DNA of 63,994 bases, filler included, from Sanchytrium tribonematis (GCA_018985235.1; 7 parts of 7 records of this genome joined end to end with filler, not necessarily neighbours in it); one strand, 5' to 3'; shown: positions 35,892 through 46,498, counted from the first letter of the whole stretch. A program made the numbers and translations. Notes: generated from the sequence alone by a model not told the origin.

Positions 35892-36743
35892 ATGATCCAC
35901 ATCATCTCCTCATTACAAATGATCTTCACGCTACTCATTCAAATTGCAAGCATTTCTCTATCTAAGAGATATTTTGAAGAGACTGAAACTGAAATAGTCA
36001 AATATGTAATGCTCACTGAGAAATCAGATTCCATCCAGATTGACGATTACATATCTTTAAAGAATGAGATCAGCATATTAAGCAAATTAGATCATCCTAA
36101 CATCATCAAAATTTTTAAGTATGATGACAATGAAGAAGTTAAACTAGTAAGTTACGAAATGCACAAGTATAAATACGATTTGTTTAATTTGTATGATACA
36201 GAGTTTCGTAGAAATGCTTATGATCACATTGATGAAATCTTTAAGATCATTTACCAAATATTGAACGCAATGAATTATATGAAATCTAAAAATGTAGCAC
36301 ATAGGGATATCAAACCAGAGAATATCATGATTGATGATGAAAATAATGCCATTTTAGCTGATTTTGGATGGGCCACTGCAAATAGTAATGTAAAAAGCAC
36401 CACGCACTCTGGAACGAAAATATATGCAGCACCAGAAGTATTAATGTGTTTAGATAAGAATAAAAGATGCAGCTATGATCCAAACCAATCTGATTTATTC
36501 TCATTGGGTATCATGATTTGGCGAATGTTTCACTATAAATTTCCATTCTTTCCAAAACAACGCCAAAATTGTAGCGAATTGAATCAAATATTTACAGATC
36601 AAATGTTTACCAAGTTGAAAAATGAGGATAAATTAGGAGCAATATTAGCCGTGTCTAAATTGTTAATGCAATGTACTCCATCAAAAAGACCTACAGCTGC
36701 CAAATTACTTGAAATGGATATTTTCAAATCTAAATCTAATTAA
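35892..36743 (+). CDS. Ser/Thr protein kinase with hydrophobic N-terminus
   Basis: HRDIKPEN, DFG, GTKIYAAPE; no Gly-rich loop. Confidence 0.88.
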   Translation: MIHIISSLQMIFTLLIQIASISLSKRYFEETETEIVKYVMLTEKSDSIQIDDYISLKNEISILSKLDHPNIIKIFKYDDNEEVKLVSYEMHKYKYDLFNLYDTEFRRNAYDHIDEIFKIIYQILNAMNYMKSKNVAHRDIKPENIMIDDENNAILADFGWATANSNVKSTTHSGTKIYAAPEVLMCLDKNKRCSYDPNQSDLFSLGIMIWRMFHYKFPFFPKQRQNCSELNQIFTDQMFTKLKNEDKLGAILAVSKLLMQCTPSKRPTAAKLLEMDIFKSKSN

Positions 36744-37070
36744 CTTTAATAAAAAGTCTTTGACTATAAAAATCCCCTTCTATGTATCAAGAACAACACG
36801 CAATACATCCTGAAGGTGCTTATAGTTTTATGAGATACATTAATGGCTTATTAATTCAAAGAAATGTGTGTACGGATGAAGTATTTCTACAAAAATTATT
36901 GAGAAACAGATTGCTGTAAACTTGTATATAATAAGAAAAGGGATTTACTGCTACCAAGCGCGAGAAGATGAAGACATATCCATTGCTTAGTTATGTCAAT
37001 AAATCTTCTTTTCTTTCTCAAAATCCCCTATTTCCCCTTTGTCATTACCCCAAAAACATCTCCCTCCAAC

Positions 37071-37706
37071 ATGTTGTTCTTTCTCTACATTCTATTATCC
37101 ATCCCCAATGTAACTGATCCACAATATGAACATTTACGTAATCTCAAATTGATCAATCCTGATTATGATGATGATTTGCAAATCGATGTACTTAATGATT
37201 TTGTGGTTAAGATACTTCAATTGCTTCGTGGATTACATGCTCAACATAAGGCTCATATGGATTTAAGAATTGAGAATATTCAAATTAGAAATTTGGGTGA
37301 TGATTTATGGACATATGAATTATTGGATTCTGAACAAGATGGATTCAAATTGAATGAATATGCAGCACCAGAATTGATTGAAAATGATGGTACTTCATTT
37401 GGTGCTACTAAAGTAGATTTATTTGCATTCGGAGTCATTCTTCATAAAATATTGCAAAGAATAGCTGGAATAGGATATCAAACAAACAACCGTGGTTATT
37501 TTATAAGTTCAAGTATAGGATATCCAAATGCACCTAGTCGGAAAAATAGTTTTAATCCAGGTCATCTTAACCCATATGGAACATTAAAAAAAATTGCATT
37601 AAGTTTGACAGAATGTAATCCTGACGGGCGCCCTTCTGCTGCTTTATTGCTCCTTGAATATGATGTTGAGACAGAATCTGATGATGAATCCTTTCCAGAA
37701 AATTGA
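37071..37706 (+). CDS. signal-peptide-bearing truncated pseudokinase
   Basis: MLFFLYILLS, HMDLRIENI, YAAPE, VDLFAFG; no DFG or N-lobe. Confidence 0.75.
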   Translation: MLFFLYILLSIPNVTDPQYEHLRNLKLINPDYDDDLQIDVLNDFVVKILQLLRGLHAQHKAHMDLRIENIQIRNLGDDLWTYELLDSEQDGFKLNEYAAPELIENDGTSFGATKVDLFAFGVILHKILQRIAGIGYQTNNRGYFISSSIGYPNAPSRKNSFNPGHLNPYGTLKKIALSLTECNPDGRPSAALLLLEYDVETESDDESFPEN

Positions 37707-37709
37707 ATA

Positions 37710-37911
37710 TGAATTAGAACAAGGATACGAAAATCTGTTTTATAATGGAGCATCTCAAAATCTTGTCAAGTCTGTGGAATTAAAAGAGAATCAAGTTGAT
37801 CAATTAAAGAAAAAATTATCTGACAATGATCCCATGACTGCAATAAAAGCCATGACTCAATTATTCAACCAAATAAGAGACCCTCTGCAGAATATTTATT
37901 GCAAACGATGA
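37710..37911 (+). pseudogene. kinase C-terminal fragment
   Basis: DPMTAIKAMTQL resembles NPIIAMKSMVHL and ANIAMKAMVKL of neighbouring kinases. Confidence 0.5.
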
Positions 37912-37941
37912 AATTTAAAAATTGGATTTATAAATAAATAT

Positions 37942-38631
37942 TTATTGAATCATGCCTGTAGATATCTGAATATCCTTAAATTTAGCATATGTATCTTGAT
38001 TTGGACTCCAACTGACATCTGATCCACCATAAAACATGACAAATAAAATCGTGTCAATTTGAATATGTGGGCAAGTTCTGAAAATATATGATTTATATTC
38101 AAATATAAATTGATGATTGACTTTAAATTGTATAATACCATCATTAGAACCTATTTTATTTAATTGAATGGCTATTTGAATGTGATTCCATTCACCTAAT
38201 TTAAATTGACTGGCACCACGATATAATGAATCACCATATTTGGGATTATAAATGAAATTATGATTATAATAGTCAGTAGATTGTGGAGGACCATGGACAT
38301 ATATCTCATTATCAAATTGACGACGCCACATGGGACGAATGCAAAAACCATCATGATTACATTTACAGCCACCACATAAACCTGGTAATTTACCACCTTT
38401 ATTAATGATGAAATCTGGTGGGAAATAAACGGAATAGGATAATGTGATTTGATTTGTAGGCAGAATTGGGGGTTTAAATTTGATTCTCATGCCATTTGGA
38501 TTACCATATTGATATGCTTTGAAATGGGTGACGATTTCATCATTGGTGAGTTGGGTATGGCCACCTATTCCATTTTCAGTGCCATTTACGATGAATTTAA
38601 AGAGATCTATTTGGGACATGGTTTGCAACAT
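37942..38631 (-). CDS. polysaccharide lyase family 14 (alginate/glucuronan lyase-like)
   Basis: YSVYFPPDF, KGGKLPGL, RPMWR, FYGGSD motifs. Confidence 0.85.
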   Translation of the reverse strand: MLQTMSQIDLFKFIVNGTENGIGGHTQLTNDEIVTHFKAYQYGNPNGMRIKFKPPILPTNQITLSYSVYFPPDFIINKGGKLPGLCGGCKCNHDGFCIRPMWRRQFDNEIYVHGPPQSTDYYNHNFIYNPKYGDSLYRGASQFKLGEWNHIQIAIQLNKIGSNDGIIQFKVNHQFIFEYKSYIFRTCPHIQIDTILFVMFYGGSDVSWSPNQDTYAKFKDIQISTGMIQ

Positions 38632-38672
38632 GGTTTGAAGTGAAAATACCCCTTGTGGACTCCTAATTGGAA

Positions 38673-39662
38673 ATGATTTTCATTCCACTTTATTGTGCAA
38701 TTTATGATTATACAGTGCTTCAATCACCTAGACAACAGTACACTATTCAATTTTTTACTTTTATTGCAGATACAGGTCCAAAAATAGTCAAAAATGGCCA
38801 AATTGTGACCAAATCAATTTAATTTTATAGTCATTATGAGCATCCATTGATTCAAATGATTGTGAAATATAGAATTATTGAAGAATATCTTAAATTAAAG
38901 AATGAAATCACTGTATTATCCAAATTAAATCATCCAAATATCATCAAATTGATTAAATTTCATTTGCCACCTTTAAATAGCGAATTAAAACTACCTAAAG
39001 ACGATCAAGTGATTTATTACACCATGCCATATTATAAATATGACTTGAACAGAATGGATACTGAATTTAAAGACCAAAAAGAACAGAAAAAAAGATTATT
39101 AGCAATATTTGATTTATGGAGTAGCTACAATCAAGAAATCAAAGATCAAATTCGCATATATTTGAATATTATTCATCAAATGCTACTAGCAATGAAATAT
39201 CTTAAAAGCAAAGGAATTGCGCACAGAGATATAAATCCAGAGAATATTCTTATAGATGATGAAAATAATGCCATTTTATCTGATTTTGGATATGCAACTA
39301 CTGATTTATTGTGTGATACGCACACTGGTAAATTCATTTATGCAGCACCAGAAGTACAAAAATGTTTCAGATCAAAATGTGAATATAATCCACAACAATC
39401 TGATTTATATTCATTTGGTGTCACTGTACATCAAATATTGAATATTGAATTAGATACTCACTTTATTGAGAATATTGATATTGTAAAATGCACCAATTTC
39501 ACTAAATCAGAAAGAATTAAGAGATATAAATTATTGAGCCATTCAAATCCAATCATTGCAATGAAATCTATGGTTCATTTATTAATTCAATGTGACCCAT
39601 TCAAAAGACCAACACCTGCTATCTTATTATCCAAGATTCGATTTTTTCAATTTATGTTTTAA
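38673..39662 (+). pseudogene. Ser/Thr kinase with an in-frame TAA at codon 50 (or a sequencing error)
   Basis: N-terminus from ATG 38673 aligns to the 39752 paralog (LQSP...VTKS); TAA at 38820..38822; HRDINPEN, DFG, YAAPE. Confidence 0.75.
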
Positions 39663-39751
39663 TAAAATATTTGAAAACACTAAAAATTGTGACTGTGATC
39701 TAGATTGCAACTTCGTTTGGCACAAATACCCCTTAGTAGTTCCCCATCATC

Positions 39752-40714
39752 ATGATCCCATTTTTCTTTTTCATTGATGTAATGGCAAACAGTCAAATAC
39801 TACAAAGTCCGTTAAAGAAGTATGAATTTGATGATTTGAAATTTGATGCAGAAACCCTATCAAGAATTGAAAGAATTGGCAATAAAGTCACCAAATCATA
39901 TCGTTACTTTATTCATGATAATTTTATAATCCAAAGTATCATTCATGATGAAGTTGATGCAGAATATAAGAAATTAAAGAACGAAATTCAGATATTAAAA
40001 TCAATAGATCATTCAAATATAATTAAAATTGAAAATTATTCCCTTCCACCAGATGACTATCCAACAGCAAAATATACGATGCCATATTATGAAACTGATT
40101 TATTTCAGATGCATCATAAATTTATAAAACAACATAGTGGAATATTTGCCAGGTTAACATTATGGAAAAGCTATTTTGAAGAAGTTGACAAACAAAGGCG
40201 CATTTATTGCAAAATTATTCATCAGTTGCTGAACGCGATGAACTATATGAAATCTAAAAATGTAGCACACAGGGATATTAAACCAGAGAATATAATGATT
40301 GATAAGAAAAATAATACCATTTTAGCTGATTTTGGATGGGCCACTGCAAAAAGTAATGTAAAAAGCACCACGCACTCTGGGACTCCTGAATTGGCAGCAC
40401 CAGAAATACATAAATGCGAAGATTCTGAATGTGAATATGATCCAAACCAGTCTGATTTATTCTCATTGGGTGTATTGGTATCTGAATTATTTGAAATTTC
40501 AGTTTCCAAGCGTCTTAAAGATGGCCGGTGGATAGTCAAATGTATTCAAATAAGCAAGGCAGAAAGACAAATTCAATATAATTCATTAAGAAATATAGAT
40601 GCAAACATTGCAATGAAAGCCATGGTTAAATTATTACTCCAATGTGATCCAGAAAGGAGACCTACACCTGCTTTATTGCTTCGATTAATTCAATTTTCTG
40701 AATTCTATAACTAA
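39752..40714 (+). CDS. Ser/Thr protein kinase with hydrophobic N-terminus
   Basis: HRDIKPEN, DFG, GTPELAAPE. Confidence 0.9.
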   Translation: MIPFFFFIDVMANSQILQSPLKKYEFDDLKFDAETLSRIERIGNKVTKSYRYFIHDNFIIQSIIHDEVDAEYKKLKNEIQILKSIDHSNIIKIENYSLPPDDYPTAKYTMPYYETDLFQMHHKFIKQHSGIFARLTLWKSYFEEVDKQRRIYCKIIHQLLNAMNYMKSKNVAHRDIKPENIMIDKKNNTILADFGWATAKSNVKSTTHSGTPELAAPEIHKCEDSECEYDPNQSDLFSLGVLVSELFEISVSKRLKDGRWIVKCIQISKAERQIQYNSLRNIDANIAMKAMVKLLLQCDPERRPTPALLLRLIQFSEFYN

Positions 40715-40802
40715 AACAAATAAATAATGACGTCACCCGCATGAGTTGCATCTAGTGGAATCAAGCGTGTCAAATGATCACTCCGTAAAACATTAAATTG
40801 AG

Positions 40803-41804
40803 ATGGTTGATTTTGAAAATGATGTATTTTCATTAAAATTAGTGAGTAATATTCATTATAATGACTATTTAAATGGATTAAAAGATGCATTAAATGATTT
40901 GCAACAATACATTCAAATCAACAAGAAAATACAAATTATAGCTTCCATTATACCCAAATCAGGCACGCAATTAGGCGCAACAGCACCAGCATCACAATAT
41001 ACCATTTATAATACCCGTTATTATAATATACCAAGTGCATTATCACCAAATAATAATTTGGATATTGTTGCTGAATTTTATCATCAAGATCAAAGATGGA
41101 CATTTGATGGGGGCAATTATGATTTTAAAGCCATTGCGACACATGAAATGTTACATGGATTGGGTTTTTATTCCAATGTAGAACCATTTTATCAATATTT
41201 TGGATTATATACATCAACTACTCCAAAAACAGCATTACAACCCATATTTCTACCACCTACTGATTTTGATATGCATATTTATTGTAATAATATACCCCTA
41301 TACCAATTATTGCTACCATTTCTCAATATTTGTGTCCCAAATACGATATTATTAAATCACGCATCCATGGTGATTCAGGCTGCTGCGTATGTCATGGTGG
41401 GTGATACACACTTGAATGAGTTACAAAATACATTATCTATCCCTAATAATTGCCAATTTCAATCCAAATCAGTCAATTTCACATTATTTACTGGTACCAA
41501 TATGAAACAAGCTATTTTAAGTCATACCTCTCAAGATAGTAATCCAGTCTTAATGCGTCCTAAATATCCACCCAATATCAATTATCAGGGTATTAATCCA
41601 TATCAATTAATGCTCAATGAATTGGGATATCATGAAAATCAATCAAATCATGAATTTATATTTGAAATGCCAAATTGCAGTCAAATCATGAATGAGACAC
41701 ATTTACAATTAGCACAATCAAGACTAGATAATGGTGATTTCCAGAGTGATGCCACTTGTTTAATATATTTGCAGCTGATATACATTTTAATAAATTTGAT
41801 TTAA
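40803..41804 (+). CDS. zinc metallopeptidase-like protein
   Basis: HEMLHGLGF, downstream LSH...LMRP; hydrophobic C-terminus. Confidence 0.75.
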   Translation: MVDFENDVFSLKLVSNIHYNDYLNGLKDALNDLQQYIQINKKIQIIASIIPKSGTQLGATAPASQYTIYNTRYYNIPSALSPNNNLDIVAEFYHQDQRWTFDGGNYDFKAIATHEMLHGLGFYSNVEPFYQYFGLYTSTTPKTALQPIFLPPTDFDMHIYCNNIPLYQLLLPFLNICVPNTILLNHASMVIQAAAYVMVGDTHLNELQNTLSIPNNCQFQSKSVNFTLFTGTNMKQAILSHTSQDSNPVLMRPKYPPNINYQGINPYQLMLNELGYHENQSNHEFIFEMPNCSQIMNETHLQLAQSRLDNGDFQSDATCLIYLQLIYILINLI

Positions 41805-41841
41805 AAATGGATTTAATTTGAGATTTATTTATCATGCATTT

Positions 41842-42693
41842 TTAATTTGTTCTTCCTGGGTCTTCTAGTTGTTGTCGATTGCAATAATTAGATTTACATG
41901 ATAATTTAGCCAAAGCGTATGCCATAAACAATCCAGATACAGCTCCCAAAATCCCATATCCATCCCTAGCATGATTGGAATCATCATCCAATTGGTTAAC
42001 ATTCTTAAGTGCCGTATCAACTCTACTTTTCAAAAAATCACAATCTCTCCATTCCCCACTTATCAAATAGCCACATTTATAAATCTTGTCATTATTTAAC
42101 TGACAAATCTCGTCATATCCTTTAAATCTCGCTGCAAGGGAATATATACATTTATATGATGCTAAATTACACTCTTCTGAGTAGATGCATTTGCCTTGGT
42201 GTGCATTTTTAGCATCAGTTAATGGTTTATAAGCACCATTTCTCAAAGTTTTGATTTCCTGCGAGTTTCCAACTTCTTGATTATACCACACCATAGATCC
42301 AGTAAATGCTGAGGCTGCTACTAGCAATACCAATAAATATAATTTAATTCTAGCGGATCTATTACCAGATGCATCCCTATCTCTTTTATAAAGGAATCTT
42401 TCAAATGACTTTTTATTCAATAGCCAATTCATGACAGATTTAAGTGAATGAGTCTCTTGTATCACGCTAATCAGATGATCTAATACTGAATTTGCCATCC
42501 CTTGAATCTCTCTTGTGATTCCACACCACGCTGTAATAGCTTTAGAGCATTCTTTTTGCAAGACACATTTCATAATAGCAGATAAACAAGGTCGATTAAT
42601 TGTCATTTTATTGACAATGCTCTCAGTTTGCTCTAGAGCATCATCTACCTCTAAATTGAATGATTGAGCAAATAGAATTAAAAATGTCAACAT
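41842..42693 (-). CDS. novel secreted two-hydrophobic-helix Cys-rich family, member 1
   Basis: Signal peptide, YKRD site, hydrophobic helix, CIYSEEC, C-terminal TM. Confidence 0.8.
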   Translation of the reverse strand: MLTFLILFAQSFNLEVDDALEQTESIVNKMTINRPCLSAIMKCVLQKECSKAITAWCGITREIQGMANSVLDHLISVIQETHSLKSVMNWLLNKKSFERFLYKRDRDASGNRSARIKLYLLVLLVAASAFTGSMVWYNQEVGNSQEIKTLRNGAYKPLTDAKNAHQGKCIYSEECNLASYKCIYSLAARFKGYDEICQLNNDKIYKCGYLISGEWRDCDFLKSRVDTALKNVNQLDDDSNHARDGYGILGAVSGLFMAYALAKLSCKSNYCNRQQLEDPGRTN

Positions 42694-42767
42694 TCTATTG
42701 TCACAAGGGATGTTTGAAAATCACCGTGATCTCTCCTTCATCATTTAGCCAATTGAAATCATTTATT

Positions 42768-43598
42768 TTATTCTATCGTACATGCTAAATAAGAAATATA
42801 TCCAGCCAATCCAATACTCACAATTCCCATTAATAATCCCAATCCACTCACAAAATACAACATCAAATCATATCCACCCTCTCTCCCCTTTAAAGTATCC
42901 ACTCTTTTCAATTCTACATTGATTTCATCTGCTATACTCTTGCACGTACTCAAATCACCATCCAGCATGGATTGTGGTGCACATTCATATTTAAGTGCAA
43001 ATGCATCACATGCTTGTTGAATCAGTGCATCATCAAATTCACAATGACCTGTTTTTGGATCATAGCATGCTTCTGTACATTCAAATGGTGATTTATTACA
43101 TGTTTCACTGAATAAACAATGCTGAGATTGCGTGTGTTTTGTATGATCCAATGTATTTTGCGCATGATTCATTAATTCATGCAAATGAGCAGATGATTGA
43201 TGAATGTATTTAGCACCAATACCAAATGCAATAAATGCACCACTGAAAATAAATAATAAAACCAACATGGGTTTCATGCGGTGTTTCTCAATGGAATTTA
43301 ATGATCTTTTCATGACTAAATCATTTGATAATAGCCATTTGATAAATGGTACGAGTGAATGGGTTTGTTTTAATGTGGATACCAAATCAGTTAATAATTG
43401 AGATGCCTTGTTTTGAAGAGATGGATGGATTTGACAAATTGATTTGACACATTTTGGGTTGTTGAGAGTGCATTGGAGTACCATTGAGAGACATTTTGGA
43501 TGGATTGGGGTGTGTTGGAATGTATTATGGATATTTGTCATGATTTGAGTGAGTTGATTTGGGAAATGGAATGCAATAACAAGAGGAATACACAGCAT
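42768..43598 (-). CDS. novel family member 2
   Basis: Signal peptide, MKRS, CLFSETC, CYDPKTGHC, TM. Confidence 0.82.
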   Translation of the reverse strand: MLCIPLVIAFHFPNQLTQIMTNIHNTFQHTPIHPKCLSMVLQCTLNNPKCVKSICQIHPSLQNKASQLLTDLVSTLKQTHSLVPFIKWLLSNDLVMKRSLNSIEKHRMKPMLVLLFIFSGAFIAFGIGAKYIHQSSAHLHELMNHAQNTLDHTKHTQSQHCLFSETCNKSPFECTEACYDPKTGHCEFDDALIQQACDAFALKYECAPQSMLDGDLSTCKSIADEINVELKRVDTLKGREGGYDLMLYFVSGLGLLMGIVSIGLAGYISYLACTIE

Positions 43599-43700
43599 GT
43601 TACAAGGGATAACTTGAACAATGGAGATATGATGAGATTGTTTGATAGGAGAAACTTGAAAATTGATTTATCATTTTATTTATTTGTTGCTTTTTATTGC

Positions 43701-44639
43701 TTAATTTAATGGTTCAGCTGGTTCAGCTGTAGTTGGCAATTGTTGTGATTGACATTGTCGATGTATTAAACTAACACTTATAAACACTGCGAAGAAGCCA
43801 GAAAATATAGTGGTTAATATCAAAAGTACCTGGTCTTTTGTCAAATTTTCAAGGCGATGTTGGTTATTTTCAAGTGATTTTCTTGCACCAATCAAATTAC
43901 CTCTTAATTTTGAGCATTGAGCTTCATCACCTGAAAGCAACACTGCCTCGCAATTATTACGATGAAAAAAGTCACGACACATATCATTGAGCCAATCTTT
44001 TGAAGAATTATTCAAGTCACATAAACCAGATTTTCTATTGACGCAAGGGCTATCAATAGTTGCACTGCTTGACGATGAAGTTACTGGACCAATCACTGGT
44101 GTACATTGGTTTGTTTCGCATATTTGATCATAATCACAAGGTGATTGTTCAATAGCGAGAGAGGCTTTTAATGTTTTCCCTGTAGCCTTCTTAACATCTT
44201 TACGGAGGGGGACTTCTTTATTAGTAAAAATAATAATTCCAGCCATAGATGCCACAAATATCACCAGAGTTGCAAGTAAAATTGTCAATCTCACCTTAGG
44301 CAAGCGTTTAGTTCTTTTCAATAGGTGATGCTGATTGGAATTCATTAAACCTGCCAAATGTTTTTGAAATGTATCAGTAGTTCCCGTATCATCAAGAGCC
44401 CCAAATAATTTTCTTGTGAGAGAGACCGCCAATTGTTTACTTTTTGCAGACATGGCACAATCAGGAATTTCTTCAAACGAATAGCACATATTATTTTCCG
44501 CAGTTTTAGCAACAACACATTGTCCTAATCTATCAGCATTCTCCACTGCAAATGATTCCATTTCTAAGAGGATATTCATTACTTCTGGTGGAAATTCATC
44601 CAACATTCCATTCACAAATAACATCAATATAATCAACAT
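43701..44639 (-). CDS. novel family member 3
   Basis: Signal peptide, KRTKR, CDYDQIC, CVNRKSGLC, TM. Confidence 0.82.
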   Translation of the reverse strand: MLIILMLFVNGMLDEFPPEVMNILLEMESFAVENADRLGQCVVAKTAENNMCYSFEEIPDCAMSAKSKQLAVSLTRKLFGALDDTGTTDTFQKHLAGLMNSNQHHLLKRTKRLPKVRLTILLATLVIFVASMAGIIIFTNKEVPLRKDVKKATGKTLKASLAIEQSPCDYDQICETNQCTPVIGPVTSSSSSATIDSPCVNRKSGLCDLNNSSKDWLNDMCRDFFHRNNCEAVLLSGDEAQCSKLRGNLIGARKSLENNQHRLENLTKDQVLLILTTIFSGFFAVFISVSLIHRQCQSQQLPTTAEPAEPLN

Positions 44640-44745
44640 TGTGATGTCGCAAGGAATGTTTAGATATCACCGTGATCACTCCTATGTCATTTAACAACAC
44701 CAATCACAATTTAAAGGGGGCAACTCTGACAATCAATTTATTAAA

Positions 44746-45615
44746 TCATTCTCTGTTTAAAAATCGCAGTGCTGCCAAAGCCTTTATCACTAATATTCCA
44801 AATAATGCACCGCCAAATATTAAACCAGTAAATATCCCTTCTAAATGATTTACATGCGATTCTAATGAATGTAATGTTGTAGTCTCTGTTGCAATTGCAT
44901 TTTTTAATTTAATACATTTATCTGATTCTATTGAACCCAATTGAATCACTTTGCAATGATTTAATGTCATGTAATTTTGACATGCATTGTAAACGACATC
45001 ATTTCCATTCTCTGGTGGCACTAGGGATGCAGGACAAATACCCGTCAATGGATCCACACAATCTGATTCTCCAGCACAATCCTCCTTGTCTATACATAAC
45101 TCTCCAAATTGACAATCCAATAGTTCTTGATTCGAATTTGCAACTTGTACTTGAGCAGTATTTGCTAATTGAGTTGCTACTTTAGATTTTTTAAATTCTA
45201 TTCCTGCACCGATTCCAAATAAAGTGGTTGCAATAATACAAAATACCAATTTAGTAGTTACTATGCGTATTTTTTGTTTCTTCTCATCTAATGATCTCTT
45301 CTTGACATGTCCATTTGACCATTCATTTGAATGATTCAAAAACCATTGAAGGTCATCAGTAATCTGTGACAATGAATTGGTTTTACGAATAGCAGCCATA
45401 AAATGATTAGCTAATAATTTGAAATCATTAGATGTTTTATCATCCATTTGACATGGCATACATGGCGTATTTGCAATTGGGAGACAATTCATGGCTGCAA
45501 GGATGCATTGAATGGTGATTGAATTGTGAGATTGCATGAAATCATATAAATGATGAATGGCTGATTCTACTGGATGTGGGAGCGCGCTGGCATACAGAAT
45601 GGCAATACACAACAT
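44746..45615 (-). CDS. novel family member 4 (start reassigned to MLCIAIL at 45615)
   Basis: KKRS, CQFGELC, CVDPLTGIC, TM; shared upstream motif precedes 45615. Confidence 0.8.
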   Translation of the reverse strand: MLCIAILYASALPHPVESAIHHLYDFMQSHNSITIQCILAAMNCLPIANTPCMPCQMDDKTSNDFKLLANHFMAAIRKTNSLSQITDDLQWFLNHSNEWSNGHVKKRSLDEKKQKIRIVTTKLVFCIIATTLFGIGAGIEFKKSKVATQLANTAQVQVANSNQELLDCQFGELCIDKEDCAGESDCVDPLTGICPASLVPPENGNDVVYNACQNYMTLNHCKVIQLGSIESDKCIKLKNAIATETTTLHSLESHVNHLEGIFTGLIFGGALFGILVIKALAALRFLNRE

Positions 45616-45685
45616 CTGTTTGAATAGGGGATGTTTGTAAATCAGCGTGATTGAATGAGATAGCCAATCAAATATGCTAATCCAT

Positions 45686-46498
45686 TTATTTAAAAACCCA
45701 TGCAATCACACCAACAAGCACAATACCTACAATAACTGAGGCAACTATTGCGCCAGTATTACCTTTTATGATTTTAACATTTTTATCACATAGTTGGTTA
45801 TAAATTGTATTGAGTCTATCCATTGTGGATGTTTGGAATTTGACGCAATCTGAGGAATTCCAATCCAAATATTGTTTCACTGAGCAGTCTTCTAACATTT
45901 TATTGCAAGCAGTTTGAATACTGGCAGATAAAGTCGAACAGGTTCCTGTTTTTGGATCTACACACGAGTTATCCGTCTCACAATCTTGCTTTGGACATGT
46001 TTCAAAAAATAAACAATGCATTTTTTGCTTCTTGTCTGCCTGGATGATCTCATTATTGACATTATTCATTTGAATTGATACACTATCTGATTCTCTTGAG
46101 CTTTTTCGAATGTAGTAGATCAATCCAGATTCACCACCAGCTATAATCAAAACCACAGCCAATTTTAAGAAATACGTCACAAATGTGTTTCTGATGCTTG
46201 CATCTCTTTTTTGCAATTTGGTGACATGACTCAACAATAAATCAATCAGTTTAGGCACCAAATGTCTCTTTTCAATACTTGTCATGAAGTTCTTCATAAT
46301 CGACTTGGCTTGGACCACAGTTTGATGTGGCACAGTACACAACTTCTTTTCAGGAAAAACATTATTCATATATTGTGTTAAGGTTTCTTCGCAGTTGTCA
46401 ATCAAATCAGAATGTTTCTGAATGAAAACCTCGGCCTCTATTGTAAATGTTTGAGTCATTTGGAATAACTTTGTACAAAGAAGCGTGATGCACAACAT
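45686..46498 (-). CDS. novel family member 5
   Basis: QKRD, CLFFETC, CVDPKTGTC, TM. Confidence 0.82.
   Translation of the reverse strand: MLCITLLCTKLFQMTQTFTIEAEVFIQKHSDLIDNCEETLTQYMNNVFPEKKLCTVPHQTVVQAKSIMKNFMTSIEKRHLVPKLIDLLLSHVTKLQKRDASIRNTFVTYFLKLAVVLIIAGGESGLIYYIRKSSRESDSVSIQMNNVNNEIIQADKKQKMHCLFFETCPKQDCETDNSCVDPKTGTCSTLSASIQTACNKMLEDCSVKQYLDWNSSDCVKFQTSTMDRLNTIYNQLCDKNVKIIKGNTGAIVASVIVGIVLVGVIAWVFK

Noticed and set aside
38820..38822. In-frame TAA/TAG stops as evidence of stop-codon reassignment
   Set aside because: Conserved genes here end at TAA, TAG and TGA and contain no internal stops; the interruptions are confined to decaying paralogs and transposons
40785..40842. 18- and 19-nt GT-AG candidates at the 5' end of the metallopeptidase
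   Set aside because: Splicing them yields premature stops
45616..45705. Apparent overlap of family members 4 and 5 in the ORF track
   Set aside because: The true start is likely 45615, based on the signal peptide and shared upstream motif
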